This document shows, one piece after another, positions 1 through 11,900 of a stretch of DNA of 64,000 nucleotides. Source of the stretch: Azolla caroliniana (Eukaryota; Plantae; Polypodiophyta); contig JBHGNT010000014.1 of assembly GCA_043228905.1 (NCBI GenBank), positions 7,812,001-7,876,000 on the forward strand. Reading direction: 5' to 3'. Every line of letters begins with the position of its first letter. Position 1 is the stretch's first letter. The translations under genes and the position numbers were made by a program. Under the pieces are notes generated by a model. That model made no database searches, had not been told where the DNA came from, and worked only from the letters and a program-made list of their open reading frames with translations.

Positions 1-901
1 GAATGATAAGGGGCATTCGAGGAGTTTTGAAAACCTAAGGGCATCCGAAGAATTTCGAAAAACATGATGGCGTTGTCAAAATTTTAAAAAATCAAAGGGC
101 ACCTACGAAATGTCGAAAACTCATGAACCTAAAAGAAACAGACGTGATTGACACACAACTCACAAAATCAACAAAAGGAACACACATACATACAACGTTT
201 TTTTGACGACCCAAATGATGTTACCGAATTTCGTGAACTGACAGAACGGGAATGTTCGTGTCGCAGAAGATTTGCTGACCGACAGAGATGTTCGAGTCAA
301 GCGCTCCGATCGAGGGAGTCGATCGTTGAGAGGACTGATGGAAATTCCGGTCGAAGAAAAATTATGATCAAGGCATGTGGGATCGACGTGCAAGGCACTC
401 TCCCACAGGCGTGCCATATTGTGTTACCGTACGAGACGTACGTGTGATTCATAAGTGTGATAAGTGAGATTGAACGATGTAATGCGTTGATATGTATGTG
501 AGTGTGAATGTAAGTGTGAGTGTGGTGGATACAAAGAGGTGTGAGTAAGTGACTAGGTGTGAATGCCCAAGGGGCTTGCACCCTTGTGGATCTACCCCTT
601 TGTACCTATTTAACCCCTTATGGGGAATGAATGAAAAGAAATAACCATTTCTCTCTCAATCTCTCTCTCTCTTGTCATCTCTTTCTCCCTCTCTCTCTCT
701 CCCCTTTAACGTTGAACCCCTTGGGAGGGGGGTGGAGCCATTCTAGGCACCACCCCCCACCCCGCAATGCTTCTCTACATGATCTCTCTCACCATCATAC
801 TCTCCATCACCATGTTTATCTTCATTAATCTACCATGATTGTTAACCCTATTCCTATCTTTATCATTATCACCATTAACCCTAACCCTAAAACATACAAC
901 A
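1..901 (+). mobile_element. 3' end of Gypsy element Y (C-like family): 3' internal region plus 3' LTR 422-901, inserted into the 5' LTR of element X
   Basis: LTR TGTTACC...ACAACA with CTATTTAA TATA-like box (~607). Homologous to 56130-56860 on the minus strand. Preceded by the same tRNA-like motif as element C (376-416). Confidence 0.7.
8..122. repeat. About 4 degenerate ~29-bp tandem repeats (AAGGGGCATYCGA...GAAAA)
   Basis: Direct inspection of positions 8-122. Confidence 0.5.
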
Positions 902-1089
902 GTACTGATCCTCCTCTACCTCTAGTACTAATTCCCTCTCCATCTTTAGTACTATTCCTGGCAGTTTGAACCGAATTTCTCTATCTTTTTACTCCTCCCT
1001 TCCTTCATACTAATCCTCTTATCCTTCCTTTCTCCAATACTATGGCAACTGTTAGCGCTCAAGAATATCAATCTATTTTCTCGTAGTTG

Positions 1090-1214
1090 CAATGCTTGAA
1101 AAAAATGTTTCTCGCATTGGAACAAGAAAATCAATGGTTGTTGGGGGATCTTCAACAAATCTCTTTAGAAAAGCAGCAAACGCAACAGCAACATGGGGAG
1201 CTAGCATTACGCGT
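1090..1214 (+). pseudogene. N-terminal gag fragment of X, interrupted by A
   Basis: ...HGELALRV continues as QQLEATIVTL at 45328 across the GCGT TSD. Confidence 0.7.
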
Positions 1215-1392
1215 TGTTGTGAAGTACGAAAGTTTCACATTAAAAGTCTACAATAAGATGAATACGTAACTAAAATAAAATTTGATAATGTTTTATATAT
1301 AAAGATAATATTAACAACACATATGATAATATTATATATATGTAAAGAAAAATCATATATATATATATAGATAAATATATTATATTACACGA

Positions 1393-1461
1393 ACAAGAGA
1401 GGACTTGAACCAATAACCCCACCCTATGACTTTCAAATCTTACCATTTACTCTATACTAAT
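1393..1461 (-). promoter_or_regulatory. tRNA-like Pol III cassette 1 in the A LTR U3 (A-box TAGAGTAAATGG, B-box GGTTCAAGTCC)
   Basis: tRNA-like box spacing, with CAT at the anticodon position. Copy near 41085-41157. Not a foldable full tRNA. Confidence 0.6.
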
Positions 1462-1524
1462 AATATATATAAGATAAAGGATTTGCTTCATGATATAAAA
1501 AAAACGTTACATGTTGTATTCAAT

Positions 1525-1595
1525 AATATTTGAGAGACTCGAACCCACAACCTCATATACCAAAGTCAACACACCTACCATTAAGCTAGGTCCTA
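1525..1595 (-). promoter_or_regulatory. tRNA-like Pol III cassette 2 in the A LTR U3 (A-box TAGCTTAATGG, B-box GGTTCGAGTCT)
   Basis: Near-consensus boxes at tRNA spacing. Copy near 41225-41292. Confidence 0.65.
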
Positions 1596-2319
1596 CGTTT
1601 TTTTTAACTATATTTTCATGTTCATTCTTATCCCCATATATTTTTTCATACATGAAAGCTCAAATGAGCGAGATGCCTATCATGCATCACATGCATTTCA
1701 TGCACTACATGCATGACTTGTACCCTCCAATGCATCATATGCATGGGGGCATCTATTTAAATGGGGAAAGAGAAGATCAAAGGGGGAGGGGTATGAGATA
1801 TCAATCAAATATATATTACATAAGAGATACCATAAAATAGAAAAAGAAAGGAAGAAGTTCAACATAAAGGTGGAGCTCTAGCTTGGTGATCGTGATGGTC
1901 AACTTGCAACAAGAGGTAGGCGGTTCGAGTCTTATCTTCATCAAAATATTGAAGTGAAGATTGTTGTGGCCTACTATCAAGAAAGCGAAGAGCGATTATC
2001 TTGTGGGACCAAGTTCGAAGGATCAACGACGCTTACAACCACTTTTGTAACTCTTTCATCAAATCATTATAAATCTCTTTTATTCCTTCAAATATCATTC
2101 AATATCCTATCTTGTCATATCTTGTTGATCTCTATTTACTCTATCTCTACTCTTTCATCTCTTCCGTCCATAATCCCAGTGATTCCTTCCTCACTTTCAT
2201 GATATCTTTTGTCTACGCAACGCTACGCTTCTAGGCAAGCCACACCACGACACAATTTGGTGGACCCGACATGAAACGGGGAAGTAAAAGAGACATCTAA
2301 AGTAAAGATCAACATCAAC

Positions 2320-4295
2320 ATGGCAAGTATGAGTACAATGGATCCGGTAAGGTTATTTATTGAAAAATTGAATCAAGATCAATTATTTCATGCCTTACGA
2401 GAAGTCCGAGAGAAGATTGGTGTGTTTGATGGCACAAATATCTCAAAGTATGTCAATATATATTATGATGAAATGGAAATGTTTGGTGTGAATGATGACA
2501 ATATGATAGCAAACTTTTATAAATTAGTGGAAATGGAATTAAGAGATAGAATTCGTGAAATACAAGCATTGCATAGTTTGGATTGGAATGCATTCAAAGA
2601 AGCACTTGTGTCTGAATATGCTCGTGAGGATTTCTCTCGAGTTACTATGCGTTCATTTCATGAATGGATCTTAAAAGAAGATAAAGGGTTATTTGTGGCT
2701 GACACAAAAAAAGTGTTTGATAGGATGTATGGACACTTAAAGCCAGAAGAAAGAAATTCTTTGTCTTGGCAAAAGGTTGCTTTATTTTTGTAGGCAGTTG
2801 ACAAGAGATATAGAAAAGAATTGGAATTTATGCTTGAAGTGCCAAATATTGAGGATGGTATAACTGCAGATTGGAATGAGGTAACAAATGCTTGTAATAA
2901 ATTTATGAAAAGAATGCAAAGGAATGGTGTAATGCTACAAACACCACATGTGGGAATCATCAATCAGCTTGATCAAAACATCGAAGTTCAAAGACATGGT
3001 CGAGAACCATCACACGAAATGGTGCATCAACCACGCGAAATGATCAGAACTAAGAGTGAGTCTTTTCTTGATGATTTAGTTCAAAGTATGAAAGATCTAA
3101 CAATTAAAGTGGCAAATCTTGAGAATGGTCAAACTTCGAGGTCAAGGGAACCATTTCGACCTCGATGCATGTGGTGTGATAGTCTCGAACATCGATTACG
3201 TGATTGTGCCGAATATAAAGACATGGAAAATCGAGACTTGGTGTATTGGAAAAATGGTAACATTTATTTAACTAAAACTAGAAGTCCACTTACAAAGAAT
3301 TTTGGTGATGGTGGTGTTAAGGTTAAATTTGAAGAAGCCGAAGCAAAGAAGGCTTCCGCAATGTACTACTCAGCAACGGCGAGAATGCACCTTGATGACA
3401 TGCCATCCCGATCATCATTATGGGAGAAGGTTGTAAGTACCGCACAAAAGCAAAAGATGAAGATAGAAGACCTTCGTGTTGTCGGAGATTCTGTAAGGAA
3501 AAACACTGGATGGGATGTTCCAGTAGATTCTATGACGGTCTATGCTCAGATGGCAGAACACCAACAGCATGAGGTGATAGTGGAAGAAAAAAGGAAAAGG
3601 CCGGATGATGAGATTGGCTCAACAAAAAAACATGAGACAAGAGAAAGCAAAAGAAAAGAGATGGACGCAAAGGTCGAAAAAGGTAAATCTAGTCCTTCAT
3701 TCAAATTAATGTCTGATATTGAAAAAGATACAGATTTAAAGAAAGTTTTAGATACAAGAATACTAGACAATCGAGTAGAATTTACACTAAGAGAAGTGTT
3801 AGGTATTGCCAAAAAGGAATTTCATGATGAAATAATTGATATTGTGCGAAGAAAGAAGCAAGTAAATGAACAGGTTAAAGAGACAAATCCGAAGGTGGCA
3901 TATGAAGTGGTGAGCAACGAGTCAAACAATATCGTTGTTGACTCTCAACATGCATCAACCTCAATGATAAATGCAACAGATGTAAGAAGCCATTACTCTC
4001 GCAAATGTTGGGCAAGAGCCACCACTTAGCATCATGTGAAGATTAGAAATGTTCCAGATTGATCATGGTTCTGAAATAAATATAATGAGTGCTGATTTTT
4101 ACAGGAAAGGTAGATGGCCAATTGATACTCCACATGGTTGGCGAGTAAAAGCTGCCACATCAGTCACGGAAGATTTATTTGGTGCATGCCCAAATGTAAA
4201 GGTTACTATTGGTGATATAGAGGTAGATCAACATTTCTTTGTGCAGGAAGGATCTACCTATCCAATAATCTTGGGGCAACCATACATTACAGCGG
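2320..4295 (+). pseudogene. gag and N-terminal protease of A
   Basis: Zinc knuckle CMWCDSLEHRLRDC and protease IDHGSEIN. Stops at 2791 and 4027. The protease resumes at 37663. Confidence 0.85.
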
Positions 4296-4454
4296 TGTCA
4301 TAGTGTGAATCACACACTATGTGAAATATGTAAAACACTATATCTAATTTAGAGTACGTATAATAAATAATAAATAAAATATTATACGTATAATAAATAA
4401 ATAAATAATATTATACGTATAATAAAAATATATATATTAAAATATTTATTACGT

Positions 4455-4525
4455 GGATAGGGCACGATTCGAACCCTGTACCTCCACGTAAACAAACCCC
4501 AACCTTACCACTATACTAGCATACT
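4455..4525 (-). promoter_or_regulatory. tRNA-like cassette in the B LTR U3 (A-box TAGTATAGTGG, B-box GGTTCGAATCS)
   Basis: The 3' LTR copy (~37066-37137) has a perfect GGTTCGAATCC. Confidence 0.65.
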
Positions 4526-5085
4526 ATAAATTTTAAAGTTATACTAAACTTTATCCCATGTAAATATTCTACATATACATGGTACAAAAAGTTATTCATG
4601 CATACACAGTCGAGTTAAAAGAAAAGATGGGATAGAAAGCTAATCATGCACATGTAGTGTGCATGAAAACTAAAGTAAAGCTAATCATGCACATGCAGTG
4701 TGCATGAAAACTAAAGTTAGGAAAAGCATGATGCTTGAATTTGATAAACTTAGACTCTTCCAACACTATATAAGGAAGAGAGAAAGATGTATAATGTTTG
4801 TTGATTTTCTTTAGAGGGATTGATTAATACAAAATATTCGTGGGATTCATGATTTTACCATCTAATTCTCTCTTACAATCTAATTGCCCATTAATACATT
4901 ATACTCATGGGATTCACGAGTTTCATATCTTCTTCTTACAATCTCTTCCTAATCAACATTTTCTCATATTCTTCTTTCTCCTAGTCCAAAACCCCAGCGG
5001 TTCCCACCCGACTCACGCAAACGATCCGGCGTCGAAAGGCACGACACAGGTGGTGAACCCGACGTGAAACACGGGTCGCAAGGAG

Positions 5086-7127
5086 ATGGAAAATCAACCG
5101 GAGGCTAACAACATGATGATGATGTTCGAGCGGATGCTTCAAGAACAACATGCGATGTCGGAGATAGCGGCGGCAGTAGAGCGGCTCGTGCAACAGATCA
5201 GGCAATTCAACGGAAAGGACGTATCACGCTATCTTCGAGACTACAAGGCGGAAATGATGCGGTGTGGGATTTCGGAAGTACTGCAAGTGACATCCTTCAA
5301 CCGGGTAGCTACCGACGGGTTTCAAGCAAGTATCCACGGGCTACGACAACAAAATCCAACGTGGGAAGTGTTTGAAGAGGCGCTAAAGACCACGTTCGCT
5401 ATCGAGGACTCCTCCAAGGCATGCGGAGAGGATTTGAGGATTGGGTGGAAACGCCGGACAAGGGGATGAAGGTCCTCGATGTGTTTTCGGCATTCGAAAG
5501 TCGGTTCGGGAGGTTGTCTGCGAGAGATCAAGCTATCCTCGCACCGGACAAAGTTATCATGTTCTTACGAGCCGTAGACATCCGGGACCGGAAGGATCTT
5601 GGAGTGCTTCTAGAGGACACGAATACCGAGAGTGGCCTCACTAAAACATGGGAAAGCGTGTGGGATATCGTCGCACGATACACAAAGAGGGGGCAATGGC
5701 TTGCCAACGAAGAAAAGAGGGTTTCGGAACCGATTCTGAAACCGAGACCTAGATCAGAAGACCATCAACCACGGGCTCGGGAGACTACGGCCGAGAAGGG
5801 AATCGATGCAACCACGGTGGAGCAATTGCTGAAGGAGATGGAGAATCTGAAAATCGCGATGGTGAAGAAGACGAAAGACCATCCCACGAGTTCCAAGTAC
5901 ATGGACCGTCAATGCATATGGTGCGATAGCACCGAACATGATCGGAGAGATTGCGACGAGCACAAGGAGGCGTTACGACAGGATCTTATCTACTATGAGG
6001 GAAATCGGATTCATTCGATGGATTCTCGGAAGCCACTCTGACCGAACTTCCGGAAAGGCGGCATGAAGAAGGTCCTAGAGGAGGAGATCGCGGCGAAAGA
6101 CAATTATGCGACAACCGCGAGAATACGTGTGGGGTAGTCATCTGCAGGAAAGGCGTCTTTTTGGCCAGAAGTGTTAGAAATTTTGAAGAAAGCCGATCAT
6201 GATGAAATCCGAAGCGCCACGGAATGTATCCGGGAAGCTATGGGATGGGAGTGCCCTGTAGATAAGAATAGTGTACATGCGCTATGTCAATTGCATGAAG
6301 TGTTTGTGGATGAAAAACGATGGCGCACGGATGATGCGGCCGGACCATCAAAGACACCGGAAACCTGGAACTTCGGAGGGAAGGGAAAAGAAAAGACAAT
6401 TCCGGCATTCAAGCTCGCCTTGGACATCGAACAACAAATGGACTTGAAAAAGGTGTTTGAGGAGAGAATTCTCGATAGCCGAGTAGAATTTTCGCTTCGG
6501 GAATTACTCGTAATAGTGAAGAAGGAGTTCCACGATCTTCTTGTGGATCTCGTGAAGAGAAAAAGACAAAGTATGGAGGAAAATGCTCCAAGGGTGAATG
6601 CAAATACCGTCTTAATGAATGACACCGAAGTGGAGAACGAAATACCGAACTCCCACTACACAAGGTCACACTTGACACGTGCAACTACGGAGACTATGGT
6701 CCGAATCGGCAACATCAAAGAGCCCGTGCTAACATTGATTGATCACGGATTGGAGATCAATTTGATGTCCAAGGAGTTCTACCGGAAGGGGAAGTGGCCT
6801 ATAAACACTAACCATTGATGGAAGATCCGGGCAGCCACTAAAGCAACGGAAGATCTATTTGTGGCTTGTCCGGATGTGACGGTGAAGATAGGGGATGTCG
6901 AGATCGACCAAAATTTCTTCGTACAAGATGAGGTTTCACATTCCGTGATCCTCGAGCAACCATTTATCACAGCATCACAAATGGAGACGAAGGTGCTCAA
7001 TAGCAGTGCGGCTTTCACACGAATTCAAAGCCAAAGCGGAGGGAAATCCGTCCAATTCCTAACTGTGCCGGCAAATCATGAAAGGAACAAGAGAGAGCTC
7101 TTGTCCCAAACAAGGATGGATTTTTAG
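5086..7127 (+). pseudogene. gag-protease of B
   Basis: ORF pieces 5086-5469, 5421-6041, 6171-6818 and 6861-7127. CIWCDSTEHDRRDC knuckle and IDHGLEIN. Confidence 0.87.
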
Positions 7128-7181
7128 AGAGGACTATTGCGGAGTGGGGAAGTGATAGTCCGAGAAGCCCTAATACCCCAC
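7118..7181 (+). promoter_or_regulatory. -1 ribosomal frameshift signal of B (G GAT TTT plus H-type pseudoknot)
   Basis: Stem GGACTAT/ATAGTCC. Loop GTGGGG pairs with downstream CCCCAC. The -1 frame is in phase with ORF 7262. Confidence 0.8.
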
Positions 7182-7261
7182 ACAGGAAGAAAACTCTCGG
7201 AGCAAAACAAGTACGAATCGGTCCGGATGGGGCATCTACGTACACAACCGTAACCGGAGGA

Positions 7262-8421
7262 ATGAAGAGAGAGTACCGAAAAGTAAAGGATAAGTTGCGG
7301 TCAGCATCAATAATAAAAGAAGACGAAGAAATCGTGGGAATAGTCGAAGAAGTGTTCTATGGGAGCACACTACAACGGCTTGAAGAGCTCGCGAAAGATA
7401 CAAGCCGGGGAATCCGGGTAATTCCGGTGGAATCGGTCGAGATGTACGAGATCATTGCGAAAATGGGGCCGGATGCGCTCCACAAAGAAGAAGCAATGGT
7501 AAGTACGAAATACAAGACCGTGGAGAAGAAGATGAAACCGGCCGCAGGACCACTACTCGCCGATAGCGAACAAAAGAGGAAAGAAGTCTTGGGAGATCCG
7601 ACACTTCGGAAGTCCATGGATATCGGACATGCCTTCACGGATGAGACCCGGAAGAAACTTCAAATCGGTGGAGGTGGTTTCCTTTTACAAAATGAAGAAG
7701 AACGATTCCGTGGGATGTTGGAACAACATGGGAAAGCATTTGCATTCACATTGAAGGAGATAGGGTGCGTTGATCCAAAGATAGTGGAGCCGATGGTGAT
7801 CTTCACGATTGACCATGTGCCATGGAACCTAAAGACGATTCCGGTGCCGCAGGCGCATATTCCCAAAATCATCGACTTGCTCAAGGAGAAGGTGGCGATG
7901 GGGATTCTAGAGCCATCAAACGCTCCGTACTCAAATCGATGGTTTACGGTTCCGAAGAAGAATGGGTCACTCCGATTTATCCAAGACTTGCAACCGGTGA
8001 ACAAGGTCACGATCCGAAACTCCGGAGTCAGTCCGATAGTGGACGAATTTGCAGAAGAATTTGCTGGTCGTGCAATATACTCCATCGGAGACCTATACTC
8101 GGGGTATGACCAATTCCAACTAGTCGTGGAGAGCCGAGACATCACTACCATGCGGACACCGATAGGATTAGTCCAGATGTGTACGCTACCACAAGGCGAG
8201 CCGAACTCGGTCACACATATGATGAACGCGATGAACAAGGTGCTTCGAGATTGCATTCCAGAGATAACGATGCCATTCCTAGATGACATTCCGATGAAAG
8301 GATGCGCGGTGGAAGAAAAAGATGAAACTATGGATGATCGAGGATGCCGAAAGTTCGTAGTCAACCATATTCGTGATTGCGAGAAAGTGCTTCAGAAGTT
8401 AGAAGATGTGCACCTAACACT
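7262..8421 (+). pseudogene. pol (RT) of B, part 1, interrupted by C
   Basis: DLYSGYDQF, LPQG and PFLDDIP reverse transcriptase motifs. Confidence 0.9.
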
Positions 8422-8919
8422 TGTTACCCGGCCGACAAAGATCAGGGTGTGAAAAGGGGAATTGTTATTTGGGAATCTGTTGAAATTACTAGTCTTAATA
8501 TATAGATTAATATATGAGAAGATGTGGACGGACGGACCGGAATTGGTATGCCGATCCGGATCCGGACCGATCCCGAATAGGTGCCAGTTGGCACCGTTTT
8601 GTACTTCGCACCGGTGACCTATATAAAGGCCCGGTTACAATGTAGTCATTAACGGAGAGTAATATAAACCTTTTGTTTAATCATTGAGTATTGTTTAATC
8701 ATTGAGTATTGTATATCTTACGCGTGTTAATGACGTATTGCTAAGTAACCGATTAAGGTCCAATTAAGCGTTGTTTCGTAAGTTATCTCGTTGTAACACC
8801 CTTTGGTGAAGTGTCTTAAGCGGACACCCTGTGTTAGGCTGTTGTCCGGCCCTAAGGATTAACACAGTTTTTGGCGACCACGATTCCTGCATAATCGCAG
8901 TGAACAGCGGCGGGAATGG

Positions 8920-11900
8920 ATGACTAGGCCAACAGACGACCTGGTTACGGAGAGAGCACGAAGACTTGCTGAACGGCGAAGGCGGCGAGAGGCTTTCCAG
9001 CAAGCGGCGGAAGAAATCCGATCGGATCGATCATTTTCCAAAGTGATCCGGAAAGTGGCGGAGGAGTCGCTCCGTCTGTAACAAAACGCCTACCCGGATG
9101 AAGGAAGCAGCTTAAGCAGTCTCCGGGAAATGGAATCCCTTCTCCAGGCCTTGGCCGGAAGAGACGGCAAATCCGAAGCATTTTCGGCGCTGGAATCGGA
9201 TTCGGAAGGGGGTTACAGCGCGCACACGAACTATTGCAGCAATAACGACACCCCAGGAGGACTGGAGGACGAGGAGTCGGATACATTACCGACACCGGAA
9301 CCAGAATTGTCAGACCGGGAACCTCCAGCACTAGACGTGGAGCAACCTCCGGAGACGGAAGAGGACAAAGAAAGACCTCCGACACCGCCAGCCCGCGCAC
9401 CGACACCAAACGACGACATGTCGTTCCAGTACCCCAAGTATAGGGATGACCCGGACGCGAAGGCTCATGTTCACGCTTTTCGACAAACATGGGAGACGAA
9501 CCATGTGTCACAACGGTTAACCGCAGCCGAAGAGGAACGATCTAAGATAGCCAAATTCGGCGTGACATTGGAAGGACCGGCCGCCAGATGGCACCGGACG
9601 CAGGACCCCAGCACCATCACCACCTTTGCGAACTTGAAAGCTAAATTCTTGCACTTCTTTTAGAAGGAGGTGGACCAGAGAGAAATGGTGGGCCTATTTT
9701 ATACCATCCGGCAAGACCCTAGGGAGAGCATTCTGCAGTTTGTCATCCAGTTTCAACAGATGCACAGTCAGCTTACCCGAACACCTGCGGAGGAAGAAAC
9801 ACAGGCTATATTCTTAGCCGTGCTCCGGGAACCTCTACATACAGTATGCATGGTCATCGACTTTCGCACAAGTACCATCGACCAGGTCATCGACCGGGTT
9901 AGAGAAATGGAGAAAACAAGCTCTTGGGTAACAATGGGAGCACTCCAACGAGCGTTACCAACCGATGAGGATCTCCGGTTTCGACAGGCCATTCAATGCA
10001 CAACATGCCTAAATGCCGGACACTCAGCACTAGAATGTACCATGCGGTCGCAATGTCTATTGTGCCATTCCATGAACCACACAATGGAGCAGTGCGAGTA
10101 CAATTTGTTGAATCGCCAAGCACCACCGGTTCAGCAAATCGAACCACGGAGTACCAAGGAGGAGGAAGAAGAACGTTGGAGGCAAGAAGAGCGATACCGA
10201 CCGGCACAGGATGTCCGGTACAGGGACAACTATGACCGGTATGATAGATATGATCGGTACCGGGATTATAATGGACGATATGAAAGATACAATCGAGACC
10301 AATCCCCCGGTTACAACCAACGACGGGAAGCCTACGGGAGACATGATGACCAGCCCCATCAAGAGTATCGGAACAAAAAGAAACGCCATTTCAAGAAAAG
10401 GGGTTACCTACGGGAACCAGAGAAGGGCGCCTCAAGCAACCAACCGGATCAAAGCCCCGCCGTTACCACAGGTCCTCCACCGGGGGCAGGAAACAACGCC
10501 GAATCCAGCACTACCCGGAAAGCATATTGCTACTATTGCCGACAAGAAGGACATTATAGTAATCAATGCCCGGCAAAGAGCTATGATAAACGACCGGCGG
10601 TGAACATGGTAGTCGCCGAAGTCGCTGACCTGCAGCAGGTAACCACAAGATCGAAGGGTAAGGCGATGGAATGGGAGGCGCAAGAGGCCATCCGCAAGCA
10701 GGCAACGGAATGGGTAGAAAAGGCGAATGAGCGAAACATGGCAGAGCTTGCGCAGCAAAAGCAAAATACCGAAGAGCTCACCAGCGGCAGTCAGCCTGAA
10801 AATGCGACATGGCAGGCATTGCGGGAATGCCAAATCACGTTGCCATTAGGACGGCTCCTACAGCTAGTGCCCAGATTCATAGAAGGACTCAAGACAGGCA
10901 TGACGGCAGGAGAAACACCACCGGCTCCAACATTCTTCTCAAATCCGGAGGAGGGACCAGCGGTAGTAGACACAAACAGTCCGGCAATCACAGCCATCGT
11001 GAAGGGAAAGGAGTTACCCGGAACAATAATAGATGGAGGATCCGGTGTCAATGTGATTAACCTGCGAACATGCAAAACCTTGGGAATCCAAGAGTGGGAA
11101 CCATGCCCGTTCTGGCTGCAGATGGCGAATACAAGCTTAGTGCGACCGACTGGCTTGATACGAGATTTGGAAGTAACGATCGGCGGCCACACATTTCGCA
11201 TTTCGGCAGTAGTGCTACAACTACAAGCACAAGGAGCTTACCCACTATTGTTGGGGCGACCGTGGTTGAAAACGGCGCACATTAAACAAAACTGGAGGAA
11301 GAATATAATCACCTTCCGGTGGGGAAAAGCAAAAGTACGGGTACCGACACAACCACGGACGGGTACCGGGAAGGAATTGACACCCCTATATGCCGAATGC
11401 GTCAATATGTTGGACGGATTAGCAGACGAAGAGGTAGATCAATACTTGCAGGATAATCCGAAGATCATACCTCTGTTCGAAATAGACGTAGTTGAAGTCG
11501 TATCACCATACATACTGCCACCGAACGGAGCTAACGAGGAACCAAATCAAGAAGTGATCCGGGAGCTACGGCAAGCACAGGAGGCGCTGGAAAGAGAAAT
11601 GGCCGTATCGCAATGGGTTAAAGTATCCCAACAAGAGGAGGTAAATCTAGGAACTACGGAAGAGGCGAGACCGGTGCACATCACCAAGGAAATGACTCAA
11701 GAGAACAAAACAGCGATGATTACACTTCTCAAAGAATATTGGGATATGTTTGCCTGGTCTTACGAGGATATGCGAGGGCTCGATCCTCAACTATATCAGC
11801 ATCAGATACATTTGAGCAAAGACGCCAAACCGGTAGCACCGCGACGGTACCGGATGAATCCAAATTACGCCGCCAAAGTCAAGGAGGAAATCGACAAGTT

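Noticed and set aside
1393-1595. Functional tRNA genes in the LTRs
   Set aside because: Acceptor and anticodon stems do not pair, so they are reported as tRNA-like cassettes only.
1511-1840. His/Met-rich ORF (MHHMHFMHYMHD), repeated at 44387-44911
   Set aside because: It is a translation of CATGCA repeats inside the A LTR, with no sign of a real protein.
7660-8364. Long antisense ORFs opposite gag/pol (also 20396-21115 and 34279-34929)
   Set aside because: Shadow ORFs produced by the codon bias of the sense frame.
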